From positions 58,817-116,530 of the forward strand of contig FR901028.1 of the NCBI GenBank assembly GCA_000437555.1: a stretch of DNA of 57,714 bases, given 5' to 3'. Origin of the DNA: Acidaminococcus sp. CAG:917 (GTDB lineage: Bacteria > Bacillota > Clostridia > Christensenellales > CAG-917). The position numbers and the translations under genes are program-made. Under the pieces are notes generated by a model. It was not told the origin of the DNA and made no database searches. It saw nothing but the letters and a program-made list of their open reading frames with translations. Positions 28,916-38,886 of the stretch are shown here, one piece after another; positions within the stretch are counted from its first letter, which is position 1, and each line of letters begins with the position of its first letter.

Positions 28916-30064
28916 ATGGCATTCCGTTTTAAGAAACAGATTTTCGGTTTTATGGATTTAATCAGGTTTACCAAAATGGTAGACAAAAGACGCAGCAAGC
29001 TCGATAACGCTTCTGCCGCCCCTCTGCCTGTCACATACAGAGTTAACGAAACGGCAAAAATTTTGCACCCCTCTCCGCTTGACGTAAAACTTGTGGAAGT
29101 AGTGCAAAACAATTCGGATACAAAAACTTTCACGTTTCAACTTCCTCAAAAGGCATTTTTCCGCGCAGGTCAATATGCCGTATTAAGAGCCAAAATCGGC
29201 GAAAGCCTTGTTTCGAGACCTTACGCCATTTCGTCATCGCCGTATACCGCGCTAAACGAAGGCAAGGTTTGCATAACTATCAAAAAGTCGGGCTATTTCA
29301 GCTCTTATATGTTTGACAGCGCAAAGGAAGGCGATGACTTTACAATCAGTCTTCCGTTCGGTAACTTTTTCTATGAATCTCTTAAGGATTGCCCGCATAT
29401 CGTCGGCATTGCAGGCGGAAGCGGTATTACTCCTTTCTATTCGATGATTCAGGCAATAGAGGAAGGAAGCGAAGATTTCAAACTGACTTTGTTCTATGGA
29501 GCAAAGACGTCAAAAGACCTCGTTTTTAAAGAAGAGCTTGACAAAGTCAAAAACGACAAAATTAAAATCGTTTACGTTTTGAGCGACGAAAAGAGCGCAG
29601 AATACGAAAACGGATTTATAAGCGCTGACATTATCAAAAAATATGTCGACGGCGACTTTACGGCAATGCTCTGCGGACCCAATGCAATGTATAATTTCGT
29701 TGACGGAGAACTCGCCAAAATGGGCATAAGCGGTAAATTTGTAAAACACGAAGCAAACTGCACGGCTTCAAGAGACGTCAAGCCTCAGAAATTCAACCTT
29801 ACCGTTCATATTCAGGACTGCGTATACAATATCGAGGCGGACTCGTGCGATACTTTGCTCACTTCTATGGAGAAAGCGGGACTTTCCGTTCCTGCAAGAT
29901 GCCGTGCCGGCGGTTGCGGCTTCTGCCACAGCAAACTCGTCAAGGGCAAATTTTCTATCGCAGGTGCGGACAAACGCCGTCTTGCCGACTCCAAGTTCGG
30001 ATATATCCACCCCTGCTGCTCTTACCCCGATTCGGATATCGAACTTATCGTTCCGAGAGGTTAA
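28916..30064 (+). CDS. ferredoxin-NAD(P)+ reductase-like flavoprotein with C-terminal plant-type [2Fe-2S] domain
   Basis: FAD motif RPYAISS, NAD motif GIAGGSGITP and a Cys cluster CRAGGCGFC...C. It starts 4 nt after the upstream stop and has a GGGAGGG RBS. Confidence 0.8.
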   Translation: MAFRFKKQIFGFMDLIRFTKMVDKRRSKLDNASAAPLPVTYRVNETAKILHPSPLDVKLVEVVQNNSDTKTFTFQLPQKAFFRAGQYAVLRAKIGESLVSRPYAISSSPYTALNEGKVCITIKKSGYFSSYMFDSAKEGDDFTISLPFGNFFYESLKDCPHIVGIAGGSGITPFYSMIQAIEEGSEDFKLTLFYGAKTSKDLVFKEELDKVKNDKIKIVYVLSDEKSAEYENGFISADIIKKYVDGDFTAMLCGPNAMYNFVDGELAKMGISGKFVKHEANCTASRDVKPQKFNLTVHIQDCVYNIEADSCDTLLTSMEKAGLSVPARCRAGGCGFCHSKLVKGKFSIAGADKRRLADSKFGYIHPCCSYPDSDIELIVPRG

Positions 30065-30194
30065 GCCTTTTCCTTTAAAGCAAGGCGAATCGGCTTTATT
30101 AATATGTTTTGCGGACAAACTGTCCTGACAAAACGAGATAACTAAGCTTGTTAAAATTAAGACATAAAGAGCCACACGCCCTGCAATATAAATT

Positions 30195-30226
30195 AAAAGC
30201 GGATAAGATTTCTTATCCGCTTTTTT
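30195..30226. terminator. bidirectional intrinsic terminator
   Basis: AAAAGCGGATAAG-atttc-TTATCCGCTTTTTT between the convergent reductase gene and hppA. Confidence 0.8.
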
Positions 30227-30338
30227 ACGTTTGAATTTTTCAACATTGTTTAAAGCTCTTTAAAAAACATACGCTTTTATTTTTTTAAAAATACCGCCTT
30301 TTAAATTTCAAGAAATTAAATGAAATTTTAAATAAGAT

Positions 30339-32537
30339 TTACAGCGGAATTCCTATAATTCCGTTTACGGCATTGATAACAACAAACAAAGTTGTAGCAA
30401 CGGTGGACATCATTTTTATGAAAATATCGAGAGCAACGCCTACGACGTCCTTTCTGGTATCTCCTACCGTATCGCCGGTAACGGAAGCCTTGTGCGCCGC
30501 AGACCCTTTGCCATAGCCTTTAAGACCTCCGCTTTCGATAAACTTTTTGGCGTTATCAAACGCACCGCCCGAATTTCCCATAAAGATTGCACGGGGTATT
30601 GCCACGATTGTAGCCCCAAGCAAAATGCCAAGGACGAAATCGACGCCAAAGAATATTCCGCCCACAAACGGCACCGCTAAGGCGATGACCGACGGCAAAA
30701 GCATACGCCTTAGTGCCGATTTTGTCGCGAGCGAAACGAGCTCGTTGTAATCGGGCGTCTTTTTACCGCTCAGAACGTCGGGGTCGCTGAGCTGTCTGTC
30801 GCCGACGTCCGCAAGCTCTTTTGCCGATTTAATGGTGTTGTCGGTAAGTATGGCGCAGAAAAATTCAATCAAGGCACCGCCGATTATACAGCCCGCTATA
30901 ACTATAAAACTTGAAACCGTCGGGGTTTCAAGATTGAATCCGGAATAATTTCCGACGTATGCCACTATGAGCGATACCGTGGCAAACGCCGCCGAGCCGA
31001 TTGCAAATCCCTTGCCTATCGCCGCCGTCGTATTTCCTACCGAATCGAGTTTATCCGTTATAACCCTGACTTCGGGGTCGAGGTGACAAGATTCTGCAAG
31101 ACCGCCTGCGTTGTCCGCTATCGGTCCGAAAGCGTCAATCGAAACCGTCGTTCCGACAAACGAAAGCATACCGAGCGCAGCGATTGCAATGCCGTATGTT
31201 CCGCACACATAGCCGGATATCAATAACGATACGCCTATAATGAGAATGGGCAACAGACAGGATTTAGAACCGACGGCGTCGCCCTTTGTCACGACAAACG
31301 CTTCGCCCTCGGTAGCGTATTCCGCTATCTGCCTTGTCGGCTTGTGGTCGGCACTTGTGTAATATTCGGTAATCATTCCGATTGCAACGCCGCTGATAAT
31401 ACCGAGTATGGCGCATATCCAAGGCGAAGCCCAACCTGCTTTAAAGCCTGCCGCCGCAAGCACAGACGGGTCAATACCTCTGCCGAAAGCGAGATAAGAC
31501 GCTACGCCGCCAAGGCCTATCGACATCGCCGCCGAAACATAGGTGGCTATATCGAGTTCTTTGGACGGATTTTGCGACATCTTTTTAATCGCAACAAATC
31601 CAAGCCCTATAATGCAACCGATAAGACCGCCGCCCGCAATGATAAGCGGATAAATATAACTTGAGGTGAAAAAAGCCGCCGTAAGAGTCGAGCCGTTTTG
31701 AGTGAGAAGCGAAACGGCAACGATTATACTTGCCGACATTGTGGCGACAAAACTTTCCAAAAGGTCGGAACAGTTTCCCGCTATGTCGTTTACGTTATCG
31801 CCTATAAAGTCTGCTATAACGTTTGGCACTCTGCTGTCGTCTTCTGGAAGGTCGTTTCTTATTTTGCCGAGTATATCGGCAGAGATATCCGCCGCCTTGG
31901 TATAATTTCCTCCCGCCACTCTGTTGAACATGGCAACGGTCGAACAGCCAAGCGAATAGGTCGTGACACGCATAACCGACGTGTTCGTCATGAGCGCGGC
32001 AAAATCGATAATGCCGTTTCCGTTGAAAGCGGGCAGGTCTTTGAGTCCCACGCCCGTCAGGGTATCGACGCTTTGCGGTCCGACGCCTGCGGCAAGCACT
32101 ATGATGAGCAAGCCCAAAATACCGAACGCCTGAACGCTCAGCCCCGATATACTGCCGCCCGTAAGCGCGGTTTTTACCGTCGCTCCTACGCTTAGCGTTT
32201 CCCTTGCCGTGTTAGCCGTCCTTACGTTTGCAAGCGTTGCGCTTTTCATACCCAAAACGCATACTATACTCGACATCGCCGCGCCGAGAATGTATGTAAG
32301 TCCGCTCCACTTTTCGATGAACAGAGAGAACAAAACTGCGAGTAAAGCCACGACTATACCTATCGTGGTAAACTCTTTTCTGATAAATACGTTGGCGCCT
32401 TTTCTTATGATTTTGCTCATATACCGCATCTGAGAAGTGCCTTCGCTAAGACGGCTTATTTTGATGAAGCAACCGACGACATACAATATCGCAAAGGCGC
32501 ATACACCGATTAGACCGTACAACCAAATATTTCCCAT
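30339..32537 (-). CDS. hppA: membrane-integral cation-translocating pyrophosphatase
   Basis: 732 aa and polytopic. Motifs GDNVNDIAG, DAFGPIADNAGG, GNTTAAIGKG and GDTVGDTRKD. Confidence 0.9.
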   Translation of the reverse strand: MGNIWLYGLIGVCAFAILYVVGCFIKISRLSEGTSQMRYMSKIIRKGANVFIRKEFTTIGIVVALLAVLFSLFIEKWSGLTYILGAAMSSIVCVLGMKSATLANVRTANTARETLSVGATVKTALTGGSISGLSVQAFGILGLLIIVLAAGVGPQSVDTLTGVGLKDLPAFNGNGIIDFAALMTNTSVMRVTTYSLGCSTVAMFNRVAGGNYTKAADISADILGKIRNDLPEDDSRVPNVIADFIGDNVNDIAGNCSDLLESFVATMSASIIVAVSLLTQNGSTLTAAFFTSSYIYPLIIAGGGLIGCIIGLGFVAIKKMSQNPSKELDIATYVSAAMSIGLGGVASYLAFGRGIDPSVLAAAGFKAGWASPWICAILGIISGVAIGMITEYYTSADHKPTRQIAEYATEGEAFVVTKGDAVGSKSCLLPILIIGVSLLISGYVCGTYGIAIAALGMLSFVGTTVSIDAFGPIADNAGGLAESCHLDPEVRVITDKLDSVGNTTAAIGKGFAIGSAAFATVSLIVAYVGNYSGFNLETPTVSSFIVIAGCIIGGALIEFFCAILTDNTIKSAKELADVGDRQLSDPDVLSGKKTPDYNELVSLATKSALRRMLLPSVIALAVPFVGGIFFGVDFVLGILLGATIVAIPRAIFMGNSGGAFDNAKKFIESGGLKGYGKGSAAHKASVTGDTVGDTRKDVVGVALDIFIKMMSTVATTLFVVINAVNGIIGIPL

Positions 32538-32568
32538 TTCCCACCTTTAAAATTTTTTGATTGCTTTC

Positions 32569-32596
32569 ATTATACCACCGTGAAAAAATATTTCAA
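32569..32596 (-). promoter_or_regulatory. promoter of hppA
   Basis: The minus strand reads TTGAAA-16 nt-TATAAT with an extended -10 (TGgTATAAT). Confidence 0.55.
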
Positions 32597-32805
32597 TAGG
32601 CTTTTGATTTTTGTGTATATACCAAAAGCATTTGCCGTCTGCAAGCGGAAAATTTTTAAATTAAAATACATAAATTTTTTTAGATACTTTAAAAAATAAA
32701 ACTCAACGAAATTCGGTCAAAGGGAATTCGATTAAATAATTTGATTGAAAATAATAAATTTTTATTGGCAGTAATAGCCTTCTGAATTTTGCTTTATACT
32801 TTTGC

Positions 32806-32831
32806 AACAAAAAACCGCTTACAAAGCGGTG
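32806..32831 (-). terminator. intrinsic terminator overlapping the stop of the DUF4422-like gene
   Basis: The minus strand reads ACCGCTT-tgta-AGCGGT followed by TTTTTGTTG. The stop codon lies in the loop. Confidence 0.6.
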
Positions 32832-33700
32832 CGTTTTTTGCGGATATAATAAATCCTTTTGGGAATAAAATATAAAATCAAAGGTTTTATACAAATTAAA
32901 AATCCCGCCTTTTTCTCCTTAAAGTTTTGCTTTACCTCGGCAAGAACTTCTTTAAACTTCTTCTTTTCCCTCAAAAACATAATGGGCAGATAGTTTGCCT
33001 TTTTGCCCTGCTCCAATATGTAGGCAAAGTATATTCCCGTAAGTCTTTCGGTTATAAACATTCTTTCGGTCGGATGCTTTGTCTGCTTTTCGTATTTTTC
33101 CAAAACCGTAAACATAAAATTGCAATAGTCGAAAAACTCCTGCTTTTTGAATATAAATGCATTGTAAAAAAACGTCTTTTTCCCCTTTGCATAGTCGGTT
33201 GCAATTCTCGTCATATAAGGGAAATCCTGATTTATGATTTTAAGCACTAAATTGAAATCGTCGGCGTGATGAGTAAACTTATAGTTTTTATAAACGGACG
33301 AACGCACGTTTGGCATAGGTGCGATAAAATCGACGCCTTCTAAAACCTTATCCACGTTTTCGGGCGAATAATTGAGCTTGTCAAAAATTCCTTCTGTTGA
33401 ACACGTATCGTAAAAAGCGTATTTTCTTTTTTCAAAAATAAAAAAACGTCTGTAATGATTTAAGCCTATATAATCGGGATTGCCTATTTTATCATAGTTT
33501 TTCCACGCCCAATATACTGCGGTAAATTCATTATATGTCAAGTTTTTATCCGAGATATTGTCGCCCGTATCGTCGCCTATCATATTTTGGGCGAGGTAGT
33601 CGTAATCGTCGCCGTGTCCCAAATGTATAGGCAAAAACACTTCGTTTTTAACGATAGGTGATTTTTTATGATATGCGACTAAAATCTTCAAATTTGCCAT
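32819..33700 (-). CDS. DUF4422-like glycosyltransferase-related exopolysaccharide biosynthesis protein
   Basis: MANLKILVAYHKKSPIVKNEVFLPIHLG... is a typical N-terminus of this family. 293 aa. Confidence 0.65.
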   Translation of the reverse strand: MANLKILVAYHKKSPIVKNEVFLPIHLGHGDDYDYLAQNMIGDDTGDNISDKNLTYNEFTAVYWAWKNYDKIGNPDYIGLNHYRRFFIFEKRKYAFYDTCSTEGIFDKLNYSPENVDKVLEGVDFIAPMPNVRSSVYKNYKFTHHADDFNLVLKIINQDFPYMTRIATDYAKGKKTFFYNAFIFKKQEFFDYCNFMFTVLEKYEKQTKHPTERMFITERLTGIYFAYILEQGKKANYLPIMFLREKKKFKEVLAEVKQNFKEKKAGFLICIKPLILYFIPKRIYYIRKKRTAL

Positions 33701-34047
33701 TTAAATATTTTCCTTTGTCAGATAGCCCGCTAATGACTTAAAAATATCAAGCTCTGACAAACACGGGCTATTATTATGTTTTGCAAAAGTTTAAACAATA
33801 TTTAACCTTTGCAGGCAACATATGCCGTTTGCCGATATTTTTTATATCGCTGAATTTAGCTTTTTATTAAGCGCGCTTGTATACGGCGTTTACCGAAATA
33901 TCAATGTCTTATAAAATTCCTTATAAAATATCGCTATTATCAAAAGCCTGTATTTTATGATTTATATATTTGTTTATTGTTTGTTTAATTATATATTTAT
34001 ATTATATATTATAAATCGTTACATTTAAAGGCTTTTAAGAAACATTT

Positions 34048-35925
34048 TTATTTTTCGGGCGATGAATCGCAGTTACCGTCAAAAATCTTTTTCCATACGT
34101 CGGGACTTGTCATATCCGTATTAAGGTATTTACGCTTTGCGCTGTTAAACCCGAAAAGAAGAGCAAGCGACGCGCTTGACAGTTTAAATAAAGCGGCAAT
34201 ATCGGAAAATATGCTCTTTTTGGTTATAAATCCCGACTTAGTATGTTTGTTGTATTGCAACGCCTTTTTGACCTTATATAAATGTCGGGGGCGGCATTTT
34301 GTCATATCCACACACACAAAACGTCTTTTTGCTCCGTAGAATACCGAGGGAATCAGATGCCCGTTGAGCGTCAAAGCGGCGATGGAGCGGTTATATTTTT
34401 CGGGCTCGTAAAAAGTCATGGCGTCCGTGTCGTAGCCTGATTGCTTTAACTCGTCTTTGCTTAGCTGCTTTACGCTTTTTTCCCTTAAACTCATATGAAG
34501 TTTATCGGCAGGCGTTTCAAGCAAAAATTTCGGACCCTTTAAAAAGTCCTTCGCTCCACGGACGGCAAAGTCAACGGCAAAATATCTTAATTGGACAACC
34601 GATTTCGCCACCATTCGGGCAAGCTTTTTAATTGCGAAAAATACTCCGCCCTTTTTATGACGGCAATAAGTTATAAGCTCGTTTCTCAGCCAATAATAAT
34701 CGAGTTCGGGGACGTATTTATTTTCGAAACGCTCGTGCCACACCCCTATACCGTTGACAAGCAAAATTTCGCTTAGCGTCCGCATACCGTATTCGACGTC
34801 GTCGCCCTTTATAAAGTAAGGCATTGGCAAACCGTATTTTTTCGCTTTTGCCAAAGGAGTGCAAAGATACCACCAACCGCAGTATAGTACGTCTTCTTCT
34901 CTCTCATTTAACAAAAGGTCAAAATCCCGTGTAAGGTTGTAAAATCTGCCGTACGGAGCCTGCACTACGCCGTCGGTATACGCGCCCGACTCGAACTGCA
35001 TATATCTTTTGTCAAGACACAGCATCTGTCCGCCGATGGAAAGTTCGGACGGATTTGCGGCATAGCACATAAGCTTATATGTTTTATAGAGAACGCTCTC
35101 GTCAAACTGCAAGTCATCGTCCATCAAAAGAAAATGCGTAAAAGCGCCGACCTCTTGAAGATAAATTATTCCTCTTGTAAAACCGCCCGCGCCTCCCAGA
35201 TTCTTGTTTTTTATAACGGTTATCCCGTCGCCCGATATACCGCTCAACGTCCCTGCGTTATCGACTACCACCGCCTCGAACGCGCGTTTGATTTCACCGT
35301 CGCCCGCGAAAAATTGCGACAGTTTTTTTACGTTGTTCAAAACGTAGTTCTCCCTTTTATAGGTGCAAATAACTATTCCTATTTTGGGATTTGCCGTCCT
35401 GGCGTTTTCGGTAAAATAACTTCCGCTCAAAAATTTGCCTTTTTCGGAAAGGCATCGAAGTTTTAAATAAAAATATCCCTCTGCGCCTAAATTGTCGAGA
35501 TTGACCTTCAATTCGCATTCGCCCGAGGTTTTAACGCTATGCAAGACCTCGTTTTCTATCTCAATTGACTTTGCGCTGTCCTCTAAAATTTTTTCAAATT
35601 CTTCTTCGGGAGCAAAATCCCTTTTAGCGGCTTTTTCCTTTTTTGCCAGTCTTTCAAACTTATCCTTCTGTGAGGGATTAAAAGTCGATTTTATCAATTC
35701 CACGAAAAAATCGCCCTCTAAAACGAGGTGCGCTATAACGTCTTTAATGACCGTATGTTTTTTAATTTTAGAATAGGAAAAACAGTTGAAATAAGTATCA
35801 AAAGTGACTTCGTCGCCCTTTTTAAAACAAAGACAGCCCGAAATATTTCGGGCGTTTCCTTTGAAATATAGCCCCGACGAGCTGTCGTTTGCGTCGGGAA
35901 GGGTTAGCGAAAAAAGCTTATCCAT
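34048..35925 (-). CDS. large family-2 glycosyltransferase, GlfT2-like (putative galactofuranosyltransferase)
   Basis: GT-A core GIVICTYKRENYV...VVVDNAG...FLLMDDDLQF flanked by ~180-aa N- and ~200-aa C-terminal domains. It overlaps the glf stop by 8 nt. Confidence 0.7.
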   Translation of the reverse strand: MDKLFSLTLPDANDSSSGLYFKGNARNISGCLCFKKGDEVTFDTYFNCFSYSKIKKHTVIKDVIAHLVLEGDFFVELIKSTFNPSQKDKFERLAKKEKAAKRDFAPEEEFEKILEDSAKSIEIENEVLHSVKTSGECELKVNLDNLGAEGYFYLKLRCLSEKGKFLSGSYFTENARTANPKIGIVICTYKRENYVLNNVKKLSQFFAGDGEIKRAFEAVVVDNAGTLSGISGDGITVIKNKNLGGAGGFTRGIIYLQEVGAFTHFLLMDDDLQFDESVLYKTYKLMCYAANPSELSIGGQMLCLDKRYMQFESGAYTDGVVQAPYGRFYNLTRDFDLLLNEREEDVLYCGWWYLCTPLAKAKKYGLPMPYFIKGDDVEYGMRTLSEILLVNGIGVWHERFENKYVPELDYYWLRNELITYCRHKKGGVFFAIKKLARMVAKSVVQLRYFAVDFAVRGAKDFLKGPKFLLETPADKLHMSLREKSVKQLSKDELKQSGYDTDAMTFYEPEKYNRSIAALTLNGHLIPSVFYGAKRRFVCVDMTKCRPRHLYKVKKALQYNKHTKSGFITKKSIFSDIAALFKLSSASLALLFGFNSAKRKYLNTDMTSPDVWKKIFDGNCDSSPEK

Positions 35926-37024
35926 TTAATTCTCTGCTTGCGGTATCGAGCGCATAGGCTATGACTTTATCCATATCAAAATATTTATAAGCTCCCAGCC
36001 TGCCTCCGAATATGACGTCGGGACGGGTTTGGGCAAGTGATAAATATTTTTGATAAAGCGCATTGTTTGAATCGTTGTTGACGGGATAATAAGGTTCGTC
36101 TCCCTTTTTCCATTCCTTGGAATATTCTTTGGAAATGACCGTCTTGGGCTGAGTGCCGAATTCAAAATGCTTGTGTTCTATTATTCTCGTATAGGGCACC
36201 TTTGCGTCCGTATAATTTACGACGGCATTGCCCTGATAATTATCCGTGTCGATAACCTCCGTTTCAAACCGAACGGAGCGGTATTCGAGTGCGCCGAGGC
36301 TGTAATCGAAAAAGCGGTCTATCATTCCCGAAAATACAGTCTTTGAAGCTATATCGGGATTATCTTTTATAAAATCGAAATAGTCTGTGTTTAACAGAAC
36401 CTTGGTTCCGTCAAGCATATTCTCCACCATCGAGGTGTATCCGCCCTCCGCAACGCCCTGATAGCGGTCGTTGAAATAGTTGTTATCATATATAAATCTT
36501 AAAGGCAGTCTTTTTATAATAAACGCCGGAAGCTCGCTGCAAGGTCTGCCCCATTGTTTTTCGGTGTAGCCCTTGATGAGCTTTTCGTAAACGTCCGTGC
36601 CCACAAGACTGAGCGCCTGTTCTTCGAGATTGGACGGTTCGGCGATGTTTAAATCGGCAATCTGCTTTTCGATAATCTGCTTTGCTTCTGCCGGCGTTTT
36701 GATATTCCACATTTTGGAAAACGTATTCATATTGAAGGGCAGATTATAAAGCTCGTCTTTATATATCGCCACGGGAGAATTTATATAATTGTTAAACTTC
36801 GCAAAACTGTTGACATACTGCCACACTCTCTCGTCCGAGGTATGAAAGATATGCGCTCCGTAAACGTGCACGTTTATGCCCTCGACGTTTTTCGTATATA
36901 CGTTTCCGGCTATGTGTCCCCTCTTTTCGATGACAAGACACTTCTTGCCCTTTTGCTTTGCTTCATAGGCGAACACGGCTCCGAAAAGTCCTGCCCCTAC
37001 TATAAGATAATCGTATTTTGCCAT
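35918..37024 (-). CDS. glf: UDP-galactopyranose mutase
   Basis: MAKYDYLIVGAGLFGAVFAYEAKQKGKKCLVIEKRGHIAGN... The track ORF begins 12 nt upstream at a GTG. Confidence 0.92.
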   Translation of the reverse strand: MAKYDYLIVGAGLFGAVFAYEAKQKGKKCLVIEKRGHIAGNVYTKNVEGINVHVYGAHIFHTSDERVWQYVNSFAKFNNYINSPVAIYKDELYNLPFNMNTFSKMWNIKTPAEAKQIIEKQIADLNIAEPSNLEEQALSLVGTDVYEKLIKGYTEKQWGRPCSELPAFIIKRLPLRFIYDNNYFNDRYQGVAEGGYTSMVENMLDGTKVLLNTDYFDFIKDNPDIASKTVFSGMIDRFFDYSLGALEYRSVRFETEVIDTDNYQGNAVVNYTDAKVPYTRIIEHKHFEFGTQPKTVISKEYSKEWKKGDEPYYPVNNDSNNALYQKYLSLAQTRPDVIFGGRLGAYKYFDMDKVIAYALDTASRELNG

Positions 37025-37131
37025 TCTGTTTTCCACTTCTTTTTCTTTTTACTTCTTTATAACGCCGACGCTTAAACGCCCTGTTCGGTTTTGCGTTTAA
37101 TAATCGTTTGTTTTATTTAAGCTTGTCCCTT

Positions 37132-38076
37132 TTAAGGATTTTGTTTACAGTCGAGAGTATATGCGTCGGCGACCTCGTTGACGTCGCCCTCCATAAACAC
37201 TCTTCCGTCTTTGAGCCACACCGCTTTTTCGCAGAGGTCCTTGACGGATTGCATGGAATGGGATACGACGATAAACGTGACACCCGATTTTTTCAGTTCC
37301 GCAATTTTGTCTGCGCACTTCTGTCTGAAAGGAGCGTCGCCCACGCTGAGAATCTCGTCGACCAAAAGAATGTCGGGATTGACGTCCACCGCAATGGAAA
37401 AGCCGAGACGGGCAAGCATACCTGCCGAATAGTTTTTGAGCGGAACGCTCATAAACTTTTCCAGTTCGGAAAAGGCGACTATGCTGTCGTATTTTTTGTC
37501 CATTTCCTTTTTGGTAAAGCCGAGCATTGCCCCGTTAAGGTAAACGTTTTCCTTGCCCGATGCGTCCATATCGAACCCTGCGCCGAGTTTTAAAAGCGGC
37601 ACCATATTTCCACGGGTGAAGATTCTGCCCTCGGTAGGCTCCAAAATTCCCGAAATCAATCTCAAAAGCGTGCTTTTGCCTGCGCCGTTTCTGCCGATGA
37701 GCGCAACCGATTCGCCACGATAAACTTTGAGCGATACGTCCTTTACCGCCCAGAAGTCTTCGTATTTAATTTTGCGTTTTAAAAATTTTATGAAGTATTC
37801 TTTTATATTGTCGATTTTCTCCGTCAAAAGTCTGAATTTCATCGAAACGCATTTTGCGTCGACAAGCACGTTTTCGTCTTCCGTTTCCGAAACCTTTTCG
37901 TTTGCAAAAGGCAATATCAATTTTTTTTGTCTGTCATTTTCGGCGGCGCTAAAATCCCCGACGCTGCCCGTTGCCGTGCCGTTTTGCGTTTCGACGGATA
38001 AAGCGGAATTTGCGCTTCCGTCGGATTGAGGATTATCGTTTTTGACAAGCAAATCTTTTTCGTCCGACATAAACAC
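37132..38076 (-). CDS. polysaccharide/teichoic-acid export ABC transporter ATP-binding protein (TagH/Wzt-like)
   Basis: Walker A GRNGAGKST, signature YSAGM and Walker B ILLVDE, with a ~70-aa low-complexity N-terminal extension. Confidence 0.85.
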   Translation of the reverse strand: MFMSDEKDLLVKNDNPQSDGSANSALSVETQNGTATGSVGDFSAAENDRQKKLILPFANEKVSETEDENVLVDAKCVSMKFRLLTEKIDNIKEYFIKFLKRKIKYEDFWAVKDVSLKVYRGESVALIGRNGAGKSTLLRLISGILEPTEGRIFTRGNMVPLLKLGAGFDMDASGKENVYLNGAMLGFTKKEMDKKYDSIVAFSELEKFMSVPLKNYSAGMLARLGFSIAVDVNPDILLVDEILSVGDAPFRQKCADKIAELKKSGVTFIVVSHSMQSVKDLCEKAVWLKDGRVFMEGDVNEVADAYTLDCKQNP

Positions 38077-38886
38077 CTAAATGTAAAGAATGAATTTTTT
38101 GCGCTGCCATCTGAAAACGAGATAGCCGACCAAGAACATCAATATACCCGCTCCGTAGCAGATGAGATGCTCCTGCCATGTGGGCACGATGCCCATAAGT
38201 ATATCCCTGAAATATGCAAGATAATGCGTCATGGGATTATAAGTCAAAACGCTCTGGACGTAATCGGGAAGAATCGTAGCCGCATAAAATACGGGGGTGA
38301 GATACATCCACAGCGTTAAAAACACGTTGTATAAATGCGAGACGTCTCTAAATCTGACGTAAAGAGTGCAAAGGAAAAAGGACAGCCCGAGACTGAATAA
38401 AAATATCGACGGAAGCCACGGCACGAACAGCATGAGCATAGTCGGGTGGAACGTGACTCCGTTGGGTATCCTTATCAACATCACGATAATGAGGGCAATG
38501 AGCGAAAAGCCGAAATTTACGACGGAAGAAAGCACGCTCGAAGTGGGAAAAACATAATACGGCACTCTCGTTTTCGTGAGCAGGTCATAGTTGTTTACCA
38601 TACAAGGCAATGCCTGCACGGTAGCCATTCGCATAAGCGTGAAAACAATGCTTCCCGAAAGAACGTAAACGGGATAATCCATATCTATTCCGTTTCTGCC
38701 GAAAATCTGAGAGAAGACAAACGCCAAAACAAGCATAGTGAGAAGCGGATTTAAAACCGTCCACAATACGCCCAAAAAAGAACGACGATACTGATTTTTT
38801 ATATTTTTCTTCACCATCGTCCACATAATGACGACGGATTTTTTAAATACCAATGCGTTGGCTTTTGACTTTTCGTGATTTACCAT
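38077..38886 (-). CDS. ABC-2 type polysaccharide export permease (TagG/Wzm-like)
   Basis: 269 aa with ~6 TM helices. It directly abuts the ATPase gene. Confidence 0.8.
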   Translation of the reverse strand: MVNHEKSKANALVFKKSVVIMWTMVKKNIKNQYRRSFLGVLWTVLNPLLTMLVLAFVFSQIFGRNGIDMDYPVYVLSGSIVFTLMRMATVQALPCMVNNYDLLTKTRVPYYVFPTSSVLSSVVNFGFSLIALIIVMLIRIPNGVTFHPTMLMLFVPWLPSIFLFSLGLSFFLCTLYVRFRDVSHLYNVFLTLWMYLTPVFYAATILPDYVQSVLTYNPMTHYLAYFRDILMGIVPTWQEHLICYGAGILMFLVGYLVFRWQRKKFILYI

